The notes under the pieces: generated by a model
What the model was told of the DNA's origin: nothing
The model's input: the letters and a program-made list of their open reading frames with translations, nothing else
Database searches by the model: none
From: an uncultured bacterium
GTDB taxonomy: Bacteria > Patescibacteriota > Minisyncoccia > Phycocordibacterales > GWA1-40-21
Length of the DNA stretch: 64,000 bases
Direction of reading: 5' to 3'
Assembly (NCBI GenBank): GCA_903822075.1
Contig: CAIJNK010000021.1
Location: 13,112-77,111, forward strand
Shown: positions 1 through 9,552 of the stretch, piece by piece
How the letters are laid out: the number at the start of each line of letters is the position of its first letter
Numbering within the stretch: position 1 is the first letter of the stretch
Program-made: the position numbers and the translations under genes

Positions 1-1
1 T

Positions 2-2887
2 TCAAACGACAAACTATATGGTTATGCCTGGGGGGAAAACATCGGCTGGATTTCTTTGACCTGTGAAAATGACCCTACAGCTAACTGCAGCGGAAACAGA
101 AATTATGGAGTCAGCCAGGATCCAAACAAAAAAGGAGCACTGACCGGCTACGCTTGGGGAGAAAATGTGGGCTGGATAGACTTTTCTCCAGATGGAGGCG
201 GAGTAAATATCAGTACTTCTACAAGTGGCACTAACACCTTGAGTGGCTTTGCTTGGGGAGAAAATATTGGTTGGATTTCTTTTTCTGGCACCGCACAGGA
301 CGCCAGCTCTTATGGTGTAAATACCACCTGGACATATCCTAGCTACACTCTTAGATACATCGCCGGCGCAAATGGTACGATTATCGGTTCCTCTACTCAG
401 GTGGTAAAAGTTGGCGATCACGGAACAACAGTTACCGCTTTGCCAAATTCTCATTATCACTTTATCAGTTGGAGTGATGGTGCCACCACAACCACCAGAA
501 CAGATCTGGCTGATTCTGGAAATGTTTCCCTTACGGCCAATTTTGCCATTAACACCTTCACTTTTAGATATACAGCCGGAGTCAACGGTACGATTACCGG
601 TTCCTCTACTCAGGTAGTAAATTTTGGAGCAAACGGAACAACGGTGACAGCCAACCCAAATTCAGATTACAATTTCACCAGTTGGAGTGATGGAATTTTG
701 ACAGCCAGCCGGAGTGACCTAAACGCCTCAAGCAGTCTTTCAGTCAGTGCTTCTTTTGTGGCAAATGGCAATACCGGTGGTACCGCAATACCAGATTGTC
801 TATATGATAATCCAATTTGGAGTGCTTGTAGTGTCACTGGTTCACAAAGTAGAACCCTCACAGCCACCAACCAAACCTGTACTGGTGATGTATCAAAAGT
901 TGAAACTCAAAATTGTACCCCAATTATTGAAATATCCATTAATCCATCGGCCACCACAACAATCTTCGTTGGTGATAAAGTTCAATTTACCGCCACGGTC
1001 ACCGGAACCACCACGAACCAAGTGACTTGGATTTTACCCGATGAAGCCTCTGGAAGTTTGGATAATAACGGCCTATATACAGCCCCACAAACTGGAGGGG
1101 TATTCCACATAATGGTTCGACCACAAGCAGATATTAGTAAGTCAGCTATCGCGCTCGTCGATGTCCGATTAAAACCAGTTTGTACTGATTATGTGTACTC
1201 TGATTGGTCAACTTGTATTAACAGTATACAAACACGAATAGCTTCTTCAGGCATCCCGGTATCCTGTTCTGGTGGGGTCGCTGAAGTCCTTTCAAAATCT
1301 TGTGTTATGGCCACTTCAACCGCTACCACTACCACCACCTGTACTGGGTATACTTATTCTGACTGGTCAACTTGCATAAATAGTACCCAAAGCCGGACTG
1401 TACTAACCAGTTTACCGGACAACAGCTGTGTCGGTGGAGAAAAACAAATCACAGAACAAGCTTGTATTGTTAAACCAGTGACTGTGGCGTCAGATATAAC
1501 CGTCTCCCCTTCAACCCTGAGCGCCAATGATTCCTTCACCGTTAGTTCAGACGGTTGGCAAGCAAATAGTAACGTAAAAGTTTCTTTGTATTCAAACCCC
1601 ATTGTTCTGGGTAATCTGACTGCCAATTCCAATGGTGAAGCAAATGGTTCGTTCGATATGCCAAAAAACCTTGAATCAGGCGAACACACCGTTCAATTAG
1701 AAGGTATCGGGCAAAACGGATTACCGAGAGTAATGACGACAAAAATTACTTTGACCGGGTCCGACACTGGACCAAACGGTCCGACAAATAGGAATGTAAC
1801 CAATAACCGTTCAGCTGGTGGAACCAGCGGCATACTGGCTATATTGAATATCGGTAATTTTGTCACCGATAACGTTGCTGTCCTTGGTACCACCACAGAA
1901 AGAATTGTCTTGGGTGCCCAAAAAGTTCTAGAGAGTAAGCCTGGAGATATTGCAGCTAAAACCATTACAACCGCCGGAGTGGTTGGTGGCGGAGTTGCTG
2001 CCTCATCGGTATTTATTCTAAACGGCACCACAGTACTAGATATACTTTTCTTCCCATTAAAACTTTGGGGATTACTACTATCGGCTCTTGGTTTAAGAAA
2101 GAGGAATCGCCCTTGGGGAACCGTCTACGATAGCGTAACCAAACAACCAATCGATCCAGCTTATGTAACTCTTAAAAAAATTGGATCGCAGGAGGAAACG
2201 ATGTCCATTACCGACCTCGATGGCCGCTATGGATTCTTGGTCTCTCCTGGAAAATATACCCTCACCGCCAACAAGACAAACTACACTTTCCCTTCGAAAA
2301 AACTACTCGGACGATCAGCTGACGCCTTGTATAACAACCTATATTTTGGTGAGGAATTAGAGGCTCCGGTGGCCGGCGCCGTAATCAGCAAAAATATTCC
2401 CCTTGACCCAGATAAATTTGACTGGAACGAATTCGTCAAAGGTCAAAAGAAAATGATGAAGTTCTATTCCCGCAGGGAAAAAATAATCAGGATCGCCACG
2501 AATTGGATCTTTAGAATCGGCTTTATTGTCTCGCTACTTTCCCTATTCCTGGTTACCGCCCCATACAACTTCATTATTTTTGGTCTGTATCTCCTACTCA
2601 CGATACTCCGCAAATTCGGTCTCAAACAAAAAGCCTTAGGTTATCTGACGGAAAAAGACGGCACCCCTCTCTCCTTTGCTGTTATTCGAATATTTTCTCC
2701 AGAATTAGATATTGAGATAACCAATAAAGTGGCAGATAAAATAGGCCGATACTATTGCCTCGTGCCCAAAGGTAAATATTTATTAAAAGTGGAAAAGAAG
2801 AACGATGATGAGAGTTATTCCGTCGTTTATACTTCCCCAATCATCGATGCCTCAAACGGAATAATAAATAGGAACTTTATAGTCTAA
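2..2887 (+). CDS. Large cell-surface protein, 5' end truncated by the window edge. Contains W-rich YG(Y/F)AWGENIGWI(S/D)F repeats, two Listeria-Bacteroides (Flg_new)-type ~45-aa repeats, Cys-rich ~40-aa modules and a C-terminal TM-rich region.
   Basis: ORF 56..2887 continues in frame to position 2 with no stop (SNDKLYGYAWGENIGWISL..). Four copies of the GxAWGENxGWI motif. Repeats TFTFRYTAGVNGTITGSSTQVV..SDYNFTSWSDG and YTLRYIAGANGTIIGSSTQVV..SHYHFISWSDG. Cys modules CxxYxYSDWSTC...C.GG x2. Hydrophobic C-terminal segments. Confidence 0.6.
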   Translation, partial: SNDKLYGYAWGENIGWISLTCENDPTANCSGNRNYGVSQDPNKKGALTGYAWGENVGWIDFSPDGGGVNISTSTSGTNTLSGFAWGENIGWISFSGTAQDASSYGVNTTWTYPSYTLRYIAGANGTIIGSSTQVVKVGDHGTTVTALPNSHYHFISWSDGATTTTRTDLADSGNVSLTANFAINTFTFRYTAGVNGTITGSSTQVVNFGANGTTVTANPNSDYNFTSWSDGILTASRSDLNASSSLSVSASFVANGNTGGTAIPDCLYDNPIWSACSVTGSQSRTLTATNQTCTGDVSKVETQNCTPIIEISINPSATTTIFVGDKVQFTATVTGTTTNQVTWILPDEASGSLDNNGLYTAPQTGGVFHIMVRPQADISKSAIALVDVRLKPVCTDYVYSDWSTCINSIQTRIASSGIPVSCSGGVAEVLSKSCVMATSTATTTTTCTGYTYSDWSTCINSTQSRTVLTSLPDNSCVGGEKQITEQACIVKPVTVASDITVSPSTLSANDSFTVSSDGWQANSNVKVSLYSNPIVLGNLTANSNGEANGSFDMPKNLESGEHTVQLEGIGQNGLPRVMTTKITLTGSDTGPNGPTNRNVTNNRSAGGTSGILAILNIGNFVTDNVAVLGTTTERIVLGAQKVLESKPGDIAAKTITTAGVVGGGVAASSVFILNGTTVLDILFFPLKLWGLLLSALGLRKRNRPWGTVYDSVTKQPIDPAYVTLKKIGSQEETMSITDLDGRYGFLVSPGKYTLTANKTNYTFPSKKLLGRSADALYNNLYFGEELEAPVAGAVISKNIPLDPDKFDWNEFVKGQKKMMKFYSRREKIIRIATNWIFRIGFIVSLLSLFLVTAPYNFIIFGLYLLLTILRKFGLKQKALGYLTEKDGTPLSFAVIRIFSPELDIEITNKVADKIGRYYCLVPKGKYLLKVEKKNDDESYSVVYTSPIIDASNGIINRNFIV

Positions 2888-2904
2888 GCTGAAAATAAAA
2901 ACAG

Positions 2905-2964
2905 GCGGAAGGTTCTCGTAACGATTAGTCTTCGTTAAGTGAAGAAACCTTCCGCTCTTTTTTA
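2905..2964. terminator. Bidirectional intrinsic terminator: 10-bp stem GCGGAAGGTT/AACCTTCCGC with a T-run on both sides.
   Basis: Perfect inverted repeat at 2905-2914 / 2946-2955 followed by TTTTTT. Lies between convergent genes. Confidence 0.55.
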
Positions 2965-2969
2965 TTCAA

Positions 2970-3374
2970 TTATTTCTTCCTGGCTCTAAGAATTCTTGAA
3001 GCCTCACCAATAATGCTATCTACAGTCATTGACGCTTTGATCAGAAAGCTGGTAGCACCCAAATCAAGTCCTCTCCGAATATCTTCCCTTTCACCTAAGT
3101 TAGAGAGAATAACCACGGGGATATCCTTGGTCTTATCATTTTTCTTCAGTCCGGCCAAAACGTCAAAACCGCTCATCCCGGGTAAAAGTAAGTCAAGAAA
3201 TATGAGATCCGGAATATCTGATTCGACAACAGCCTGGGCTAACTCACCACTCTCAACGTGATGAACGGCACAACCATCATCAATCAATTTCTTGGAAACC
3301 AAGCCACCAAGAAACTTGTCGTCCTCGACAATAACGATCTTTGTTCCGGGAGTAAATTTTTGTAAATTTTCCAT
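2970..3374 (-). CDS. Stand-alone response-regulator receiver (CheY-like) domain protein.
   Basis: KIVIVEDD...D(54-like) LIFLDLLLPGMSGFDVL...K motif set over 134 aa. No output domain. Confidence 0.75.
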   Translation of the reverse strand: MENLQKFTPGTKIVIVEDDKFLGGLVSKKLIDDGCAVHHVESGELAQAVVESDIPDLIFLDLLLPGMSGFDVLAGLKKNDKTKDIPVVILSNLGEREDIRRGLDLGATSFLIKASMTVDSIIGEASRILRARKK

Positions 3375-3417
3375 AGTTGTTTAATTATACACGTTTTGTA
3401 AAAACAAGGCAAATCAA

Positions 3418-3822
3418 CTAAAATGACAGATTGCTCATATCCAGATTGGCCGCGTTCAAGCTATCATTTACGCTTTTGATTAAGCCTTGAGTATAAGCGT
3501 AAGCGAGCCAGATTATAATGATGGTCGACAGAATCAACAGCGTCCAGGCCACCTCCCCGATTAATTTGGCTTTAGGGTCTTTAGACCGGAAATATTTCAA
3601 TCCTGGCCAGCGGGTAATAAAAAGAAAACAAATCAGTGGCAAGATAATACTGAATAAATATATTCCAAGTTGAGTACCCAAACCAGTGGCGAGCGGAGTA
3701 GAATTTATTTTGGCGCCACAATTTGGACAAAAGTAATATGTCGGCAGGATGGGCTGGTGACAGGTTTCGCATATTTTCTGTGTCAATTCGTTGATATTAT
3801 TTTCTGTAAGATTTGTTTCCAT
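3418..3822 (-). CDS. Zinc-ribbon membrane protein, hypothetical.
   Basis: N-terminal CETC...CPNC zinc ribbon followed by 3 predicted TM helices. TGCTAGAAT -10-like box 12 nt upstream. Confidence 0.5.
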   Translation of the reverse strand: METNLTENNINELTQKICETCHQPILPTYYFCPNCGAKINSTPLATGLGTQLGIYLFSIILPLICFLFITRWPGLKYFRSKDPKAKLIGEVAWTLLILSTIIIIWLAYAYTQGLIKSVNDSLNAANLDMSNLSF

Positions 3823-3910
3823 AATTCACCTACTATTCTAGCAAGAATAAATTTTATTAGCTATTCCACTCAATCCGCCTGTTATTAAAACGATTGTATT
3901 TTTTAATATT

Positions 3911-4348
3911 TTATTTATAAGCAAATGGTAGTAATTCACTCTGCGAAGTTATCATTATTCTTGATTTATCACTATTCGAACAGATGACAATCAAATCATG
4001 ACCGGAAATATTTACCACCTCCTGCAATACTTGCCGGCAATTACCGCAAGGCGTTACCGGATTTACTATTCCCCCTTCTTTTTTCCCAATAATAGCTATA
4101 GCTACCAAATCCCTCTTACCCAGACTGTTAGCGGTAATAACAGCTGCCCGTTCGGAACAAATACTCGAAGGCGAGGATGAATTTACATAACTGGCGCCAG
4201 TAACTACTTCACCCGAAACCGCCCGAACGGCCGCCGCCACTTTAATCTGACTATTATACGGATTGTACGAATTCCCTAAGGCTTTTTCCGCTGCGTCCAA
4301 TAAATCTTTATGTTCCGGCGATAATTGTAAATATGATGTTTCAGTCAT
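3911..4348 (-). CDS. cdd: Cytidine deaminase (homotetrameric Cdd type).
   Basis: CSERAA ... PCGNCRQVLQE zinc-binding signature (C..E / PCxxC), 145 aa. Confidence 0.8.
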   Translation of the reverse strand: MTETSYLQLSPEHKDLLDAAEKALGNSYNPYNSQIKVAAAVRAVSGEVVTGASYVNSSSPSSICSERAAVITANSLGKRDLVAIAIIGKKEGGIVNPVTPCGNCRQVLQEVVNISGHDLIVICSNSDKSRIMITSQSELLPFAYK

Positions 4349-4452
4349 TCTATTTTATGATTAATAATACCAACTAGATATAGTGGCCATTATACTTGAA
4401 ATAAAGTGATTTTTAAAGTATCCTACATGAAGCTAATGACTTTAGCTATATT

Positions 4453-4521
4453 GCGGGTTCGTCTAAAGGTAGGACACATCCCTCTGAAGGATGGTATTGG
4501 GGTTCGAGTCCCTGACCCGCA
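4453..4521 (+). tRNA. tRNA-Gln (anticodon CTG), no encoded CCA.
   Basis: Acceptor GCGGGTT/GACCCGC. Anticodon stem CATCC/GGATG with loop CTCTGAA. T-arm GGGGTTCGAGTCCC. Confidence 0.75.
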
Positions 4522-4577
4522 GCTTGTAAGGTTTTAAATTCGATGTTATATTTTTATATATCAAATAATTTAATTAT

Positions 4578-5126
4578 ATGTCAGTAAAAATTACATACTT
4601 TGTACATGGTACGACAACAGATAATGAAAAACATCTCTCATCTGGATGGAAAGATGTTGAACTTTCTGATCTTGGAGTAAGCCAATCGATTGCTTTAAAG
4701 GATCAAACTAAAGATAAAAAATTTGATGTTGTATTTTGTTCTGATTTGAAACGCGCTCAAGATTCAGCAAAAATTACCTGGGATGGAGTTTACCATATTA
4801 TTTCTGATGCAAGACTTCGCGAATGTAATTATGGAGATTTAAACGGAGCGTCGTCAGATATTGTTGAACCAATGCAGGAAGAAGAATGTATCACTAAACC
4901 ATTTCCAAATGGTGAGAGTTATGAGGATGTAAAAATTCGTGTTGCAGATTTTCTTCAATTTCTAAAAAATAACTACAATGGTAAAAATGTTGCTATTGTC
5001 GCACACAAGGCTCCTCAAATAGCGATTGAAGTATTGATTAATGGTAAGACATGGGAACAGGCTCTAGCAGAAGACTGGAGAAAGACTAAGTCGTGGAAAC
5101 CAGGCTGGGGATATGTACTAAACTAG
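4578..5126 (+). CDS. Histidine phosphatase superfamily (phosphoglycerate-mutase-like) protein.
   Basis: N-terminal [13 protein letters not shown] (RHG-like catalytic motif) and overall branch-1 histidine phosphatase layout, 182 aa. Confidence 0.55.
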   Translation: MSVKITYFVHGTTTDNEKHLSSGWKDVELSDLGVSQSIALKDQTKDKKFDVVFCSDLKRAQDSAKITWDGVYHIISDARLRECNYGDLNGASSDIVEPMQEEECITKPFPNGESYEDVKIRVADFLQFLKNNYNGKNVAIVAHKAPQIAIEVLINGKTWEQALAEDWRKTKSWKPGWGYVLN

Positions 5127-5163
5127 TTCCAATTTTATTCCACACGGCTTCTGGTCGAGGAGG

Positions 5164-5172
5164 TGTTATAAT
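5164..5172 (+). promoter_or_regulatory. Extended -10 box TGTTATAAT 6 nt upstream of the GIY-YIG ATG (leaderless-type promoter).
   Basis: TGnTATAAT match. Spacing places the TSS at the start codon. No SD. Confidence 0.45.
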
Positions 5173-5178
5173 ATTCCC

Positions 5179-5421
5179 ATGTATTTTACCTACATCCTTG
5201 AATGTGCCGATAAAACTTATTATGTCGGATGTACAAATGATCTTGAAAAAAGACTGCGGCAACATAATGGTTCTAAATGCGGCGCACATTATACCAAAAT
5301 ACGCCGACCAGTTATTTTGAAATACCAGGAAGAATTTAAGACATTAGCTGAGGCAAGAAGAAGAGAAGCTGAGATAAAGAGCTGGAAAAGAGAAAGAAAG
5401 ATTAACTTATTTGAAAAATAA
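5179..5421 (+). CDS. GIY-YIG nuclease-domain protein (UPF0213/YhbQ-like), 80 aa.
   Basis: [25 protein letters not shown] matches GIY-YIG core. Confidence 0.8.
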   Translation: MYFTYILECADKTYYVGCTNDLEKRLRQHNGSKCGAHYTKIRRPVILKYQEEFKTLAEARRREAEIKSWKRERKINLFEK

Positions 5422-5491
5422 CCGAGGTAGATATTCCCTGCTCCGCAGCACTTGAATTTTGCAAAAAATATTGTAGTATCATACCGTGTTT

Positions 5492-6382
5492 ATGACCAAT
5501 AATAACACTCGCATAATATCTTTACTCGAAGAGGAACTTATTAAGTGCCACGCACCGGTGACAGGCTATTGCGTTACAACGGCGATTGTTACAGAAAAAG
5601 ATACATACATTGAGCATAATCATGAAGACCAAGACTCAGTTGTCTTTGAACATGCAGAGATAAGGGTATTGGAGAAAATTTTAAAGAAAGAACAAAGCCC
5701 AATAATTAAAAGGGTCTACATGTTGGGTGGCGGGGCAATCAAAAAAATAAAACACTATACGCCATGCTACGCTTGCACCCATAAAATGGCTCCATACATC
5801 ACTTCCAATACAACAGTTACACTTTTACCATTACTAGCCACCACTGCGCTGGTAACGTTTAACTACAATGAACTCCTCTCAAGTTATTCGGATGTGCCTT
5901 ACTCAAAATTTAGTAACACAAGCAAACAAGGAATACAAAAAGAGTTACGTGATAAAACTATTTTGAAGGGTAAAGATATCGATTTTATTGCCGACCTAAT
6001 ATTACTTGGTTTAAGAGAAAAGTTTGAGTTTTATTTGACCGGCAGTTCAACCGGGAGGGGCGGGGTCAGCAGATTACTTATGGAAAAAACTAAAACCAGT
6101 TATGGTGACATTGATATTATTGTCGTTGTTGCGGCCGATTATTACAAGATGGCAATAGAAAATATTGAAAAAGTCATTACACTACATTATGGCGCACACC
6201 TTAAAGAAGAAAGGCTAGTTCCCTTACGTCATAATAAATTAGGAGTTGTCCTTGGGAAGGCATATTACAGATGTAGTAATTCAAACGAAAAAATGTTAGA
6301 TTTTACTTTCAGTACGGATTTTAAAGGCTCATTATCCTACCATGCCTATGAGTTGAAAAATTGGTTCCATCAGTTGTCATAA
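5492..6382 (+). CDS. Fusion protein: N-terminal CDA-fold (cytidine/nucleotide deaminase-like, HAE + PCxxC) domain plus C-terminal Pol-beta-type nucleotidyltransferase domain.
   Basis: FEHAEIRVLE ... TPCYACTHKM (H/C/C zinc ligands). TGSSTGRGGVSRLL..SYGDIDIIVVV (GS...DxD NTase motif). The ORF-track start 5486 is a GTG; the first ATG is at 5492. Confidence 0.55.
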   Translation: MTNNNTRIISLLEEELIKCHAPVTGYCVTTAIVTEKDTYIEHNHEDQDSVVFEHAEIRVLEKILKKEQSPIIKRVYMLGGGAIKKIKHYTPCYACTHKMAPYITSNTTVTLLPLLATTALVTFNYNELLSSYSDVPYSKFSNTSKQGIQKELRDKTILKGKDIDFIADLILLGLREKFEFYLTGSSTGRGGVSRLLMEKTKTSYGDIDIIVVVAADYYKMAIENIEKVITLHYGAHLKEERLVPLRHNKLGVVLGKAYYRCSNSNEKMLDFTFSTDFKGSLSYHAYELKNWFHQLS

Positions 6383-6418
6383 CACTTTCGGCCACACGTT
6401 ACAAAGTGGGTAAATTAT

Positions 6419-7069
6419 ATGATTAAAAATTTAAGAGAAAAGCTTACTAGAATCGCCGAGGAGAGACAAGTAAAAGATGACCCCTCGCACGATTTTCAAC
6501 ATGTGAGACGAGTTTTGAATTTGGCAGTCAAAATAGGCAAGAGCGTAAATGCCGATGAAGATATCGTCATTCCGGCGGCCTTGTTCCATGATACGATTGT
6601 CTATAAAAAGAATTCCCCAGAAAGTAAGAATGAGGCAAACGAAAGCGCTGAAGTCGCCTCCAGAATACTGAGTAGTATAGAAGGATATCCTAAAGAAAAA
6701 ATTGCTAAGGTTGAAATTTGTATCAAACAATGTTCTTTTTCTAAAGGAATCAAGCCGGATTTACTGGAGTCAAAAGTCCTTCAGGACGCTGACCGATTAG
6801 AAGCGACCGGAGTTATCTCAATCATGAGAACTTTTTCCTCGTGTGGACACATGAATAGGCCATTATATGATCCACTGGACCCTTTCTGTGAAAAAGGGAC
6901 GAAAGATTTTAGATCCGGTATTGACCTCTTCTACCAGAGACTATTAGTTGTGGAGAAAACAATGCATACCGAACTGGCAAAGAAAATGGCCGGAGCCAGA
7001 ACAGACTTTTTAGAGAAGTTTCTAAAACAATTAAAAAAAGAGCTTACGGAATCAGATGTTTTAAAATAA
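6419..7069 (+). CDS. HD-domain metal-dependent phosphohydrolase.
   Basis: SHDFQHVRRV ... ALFHD ... LQDADRLEATG (H..H / HD / D motif set), 216 aa. Confidence 0.75.
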   Translation: MIKNLREKLTRIAEERQVKDDPSHDFQHVRRVLNLAVKIGKSVNADEDIVIPAALFHDTIVYKKNSPESKNEANESAEVASRILSSIEGYPKEKIAKVEICIKQCSFSKGIKPDLLESKVLQDADRLEATGVISIMRTFSSCGHMNRPLYDPLDPFCEKGTKDFRSGIDLFYQRLLVVEKTMHTELAKKMAGARTDFLEKFLKQLKKELTESDVLK

Positions 7070-7070
7070 A

Positions 7071-7098
7071 ACCCCTGGCACATTACTGCACCAGGGGT
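7071..7098. terminator. Bidirectional terminator hairpin ACCCCTGG-loop-CCAGGGGT between convergent HD and dcd genes.
   Basis: 8-bp perfect stem directly after the HD stop codon. Confidence 0.5.
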
Positions 7099-7119
7099 AA
7101 CTAATCCGGAAAGAACTTC

Positions 7120-7764
7120 TCAGAGTTTGTCTCGGGAAAACTTCGGCAACATCATAAATGGTGACCAAGCCGCCATCATCTGCTCGGTATTATCAGTCGT
7201 CTGATATTGTCCACCGGCGGTGGAATAAGACTCGTCGAGCGGGTCAACCTGATAGAAGGCAATCTGGGCCACCCGCATCCCGACCACCAGAACCACTGAT
7301 GTATCTTTGAGATGATTACTCATCTCCATGGTCCAGCGGTTACAGAAACCTAGGTCTCCCCAACCGGCGCACTTACAAACAGTGATACCAATCCGACCCA
7401 TGGAACTTCTAGCCCTCATCTCCGTGGTCACGCAGTTCCGACCGCCAATAAACTCATCCGTGTGGGCAAGAATGGTTTCCCCCGGCCCGAGAACGATGAG
7501 CTGGTCTGTAGACAAAATATTCCGCAAGCTACCATTTTGTTTCATCCACTCATGAGCCCTAATTGCCTGTTGGGGTTCTCCCCAGTACTTCTTTACGTCA
7601 TCAGAGTCGAAGGGATTAAAAATCCTCCTAGAGGACACTCCACGAAACGGCTGTTCTTGGAAAAAGTTCGGCCCGAGTCTCACATCGTAGCTTGTGGTTT
7701 GAAGATTGCTATTGTTAAACGGAAAAATAAAGATATTCCCGTTTTCCAAATGATGATTAATCAT
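7120..7764 (-). CDS. dcd: dCTP deaminase family (dUTPase-fold) protein.
   Basis: MINHHLENGNIFI..YDVRLG and ARSSMGRIGITV..AGWGDLGF resemble Dcd GRSSLARLGL..DPGW. The ORF-track start 7866 is a TTG 34 codons upstream; the ATG at 7764 matches the Dcd N-terminus. Confidence 0.65.
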   Translation of the reverse strand: MINHHLENGNIFIFPFNNSNLQTTSYDVRLGPNFFQEQPFRGVSSRRIFNPFDSDDVKKYWGEPQQAIRAHEWMKQNGSLRNILSTDQLIVLGPGETILAHTDEFIGGRNCVTTEMRARSSMGRIGITVCKCAGWGDLGFCNRWTMEMSNHLKDTSVVLVVGMRVAQIAFYQVDPLDESYSTAGGQYQTTDNTEQMMAAWSPFMMLPKFSRDKL

Positions 7765-7908
7765 TCCCCGACTCAACAACGAACGTCCTGGCGCCTTCTG
7801 TCTTCTTTTCACAATGTATTTCCTTTCCTGTTTAAGCCTTCTAAAGCAAGGATACTTTAAAAGCAAACTTTTTTCAAGCCAACAACAAAACTTAGCTAGT
7901 TTATATCC

Positions 7909-8844
7909 CTATATCTTCAAATATCGCCTGACAGCCAGATAACTGGAGATAGCACCCAAAGCAATGCCGGAGCCAAAAGTAATCAGGAAAATCTGGCCGA
8001 AATTCTTCAGGTAGAAATCAAACAAATCCAGACCAACAAAGAAGTTCTTAGAGAGATTACCGATCCAGTACGTCAAACCGAGAAATACAGCCAACACTAA
8101 AGTTGCCGAAACGATCCCGTAAAGAATTCCCGAAACGACAAACGGTCCTTTTATGTAACGGCCGGAGGCTCCCACCAAACGCATAACAGATATTTCATCT
8201 TTGGAAATAAAGATGGCGAGTCTAATGGTATTGAAGGTGATGATAATGGAAATGATCAAGAAAAGAATGGCCACCCAAAAACCAACGGCATTCACAGCAT
8301 CCGTAATTTTAACCAGTTTTTCAATCACTGGTTTATTTTGACAATAATTGACTTTTTCAATGATGGAAAACTTACTTTCAAAAGCCGAACAATCCGAACC
8401 TTTTAAGTCAAAAAAGTTGGCAATACTTTCATACTGGGAAGGGTCTTTGGCTTTGATATCAAGACGGGCGCCAAAAGGATTACTCCCAAGCTCATTTAAG
8501 GCATCGAGAATCAAACCGTTGTCCTTCCATTTTTCCTGAAAGTCAGAAAGGACTTGCTCTTTGGGAACATATGTCACCTTCTCCACTTCCGGCAAGGCAT
8601 CGGTAGATTTCTTAAGGCTCAAAATATCCGACTCGGCTACATCCGTATTGAAATAAACTTTCACATCTACCTTGTTTTTTATTTCCTGCAGGGAATAGCT
8701 CAGAATGGCACTCATAAAAATGAGCGATGTAATCATAAAAAGCGTAATAAACATCACGACGAGCGAAGATAAGGAAACAAAACCATTACGCCAAAAATTG
8801 GTGAGACCCGCTTTAAAAACTCTTTTTATTTTCGTTAAAAACAT
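7909..8844 (-). CDS. ftsX: Cell-division ABC transporter permease FtsX.
   Basis: 311 aa. N-terminal TM, periplasmic domain and 3 C-terminal TM helices. Directly downstream of ftsE. Confidence 0.8.
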   Translation of the reverse strand: MFLTKIKRVFKAGLTNFWRNGFVSLSSLVVMFITLFMITSLIFMSAILSYSLQEIKNKVDVKVYFNTDVAESDILSLKKSTDALPEVEKVTYVPKEQVLSDFQEKWKDNGLILDALNELGSNPFGARLDIKAKDPSQYESIANFFDLKGSDCSAFESKFSIIEKVNYCQNKPVIEKLVKITDAVNAVGFWVAILFLIISIIITFNTIRLAIFISKDEISVMRLVGASGRYIKGPFVVSGILYGIVSATLVLAVFLGLTYWIGNLSKNFFVGLDLFDFYLKNFGQIFLITFGSGIALGAISSYLAVRRYLKI

Positions 8845-8852
8845 ATTTCGGT

Positions 8853-8861
8853 ATTATAGCA
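8853..8861 (-). promoter_or_regulatory. Extended -10 box TGCTATAAT (within ATGTGCTATAAT) 8 nt upstream of the ftsX ATG.
   Basis: Minus-strand reading GAAAGTATGTGCTATAATACCGAAATATG. Leaderless geometry. Confidence 0.45.
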
Positions 8862-9534
8862 CATACTTTCCATGCTTATCATCTCGGACGATCTTACCAT
8901 TTTGCATACTGATTACCCGCTTACCCAATGACTCCACTACCGTGCGGTTATGTGTCGTGATTATCACTGTGGTACCCAAGTCATTTATTTTTTTGAGAAT
9001 TTGGATAATTTCAAAGGTATTAGCCGGATCTAGATTACCGGTAGGTTCATCGGCAATAATCACATCCGGTTGATTCACAATGGCCCGGGCAATAGCCACC
9101 CGCTGCTTCTCTCCGCCAGAAAGTTCATTAGGAAAACTATATATCTTCTTACCAATGTCCACTAATTCCAAAACATGCGGAACGTCAGCTTCGATCTCCT
9201 CGTCTGTCCGGCCGGCGGCTTCCATCGCAAAAGCAATGTTTTCATATACAGTTTTGTTTGGAAGAAGTCGGAAGTCCTGAAAAACGGTACCGATCTTTCG
9301 GCGCAAAGCGGTGATTTCTTTGCCTTTTAATTTATGAACTTCTTTTGATTCATAAAAAATGGCACCCTTGCTGGGCTTTTCCTCGGCCAAAATCATCTTG
9401 ATCAAAGTAGTTTTACCGGCACCAGAATGCCCCACAATTGAAACAAACTCTTTGGGCTCGATGGTTAAAGTGACCTCATCAAGAGCCACGCAATCATCAG
9501 AGTATATTTTGGAAACTTTATCAAAATAAATCAT
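8854..9534 (-). CDS. ftsE: Cell-division ATP-binding protein FtsE.
   Basis: Walker A GHSGAGKTT, ABC signature LSGGEKQRVAIARA, Walker B IIADEPT. Start taken at MIYFDKVSKIY (9534); the longer ORF-track start 9675 would overlap prfB. Confidence 0.8.
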   Translation of the reverse strand: MIYFDKVSKIYSDDCVALDEVTLTIEPKEFVSIVGHSGAGKTTLIKMILAEEKPSKGAIFYESKEVHKLKGKEITALRRKIGTVFQDFRLLPNKTVYENIAFAMEAAGRTDEEIEADVPHVLELVDIGKKIYSFPNELSGGEKQRVAIARAIVNQPDVIIADEPTGNLDPANTFEIIQILKKINDLGTTVIITTHNRTVVESLGKRVISMQNGKIVRDDKHGKYVL

Positions 9535-9543
9535 TTCCCTGAC

Positions 9544-9552
9544 ATTATACCA
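9544..9552 (-). promoter_or_regulatory. Extended -10 box TGGTATAAT 9 nt upstream of the ftsE ATG, embedded in the last codons of prfB.
   Basis: Minus-strand reading TTTCTGGTATAATGTCAGGGAAATG. Confidence 0.4.

Noticed and set aside
14-460. 148-aa ORF on the minus strand
   Set aside because: Lies antisense inside the well-supported surface-protein gene. No motif or expression signals.
5492-6382. CBASS CD-NTase identity for the NTase half of the deaminase fusion
   Set aside because: The NTase region is only ~175 aa, too small for a CD-NTase. No Cap effector/ubiquitin-like partners nearby. Kept as a generic Pol-beta NTase.
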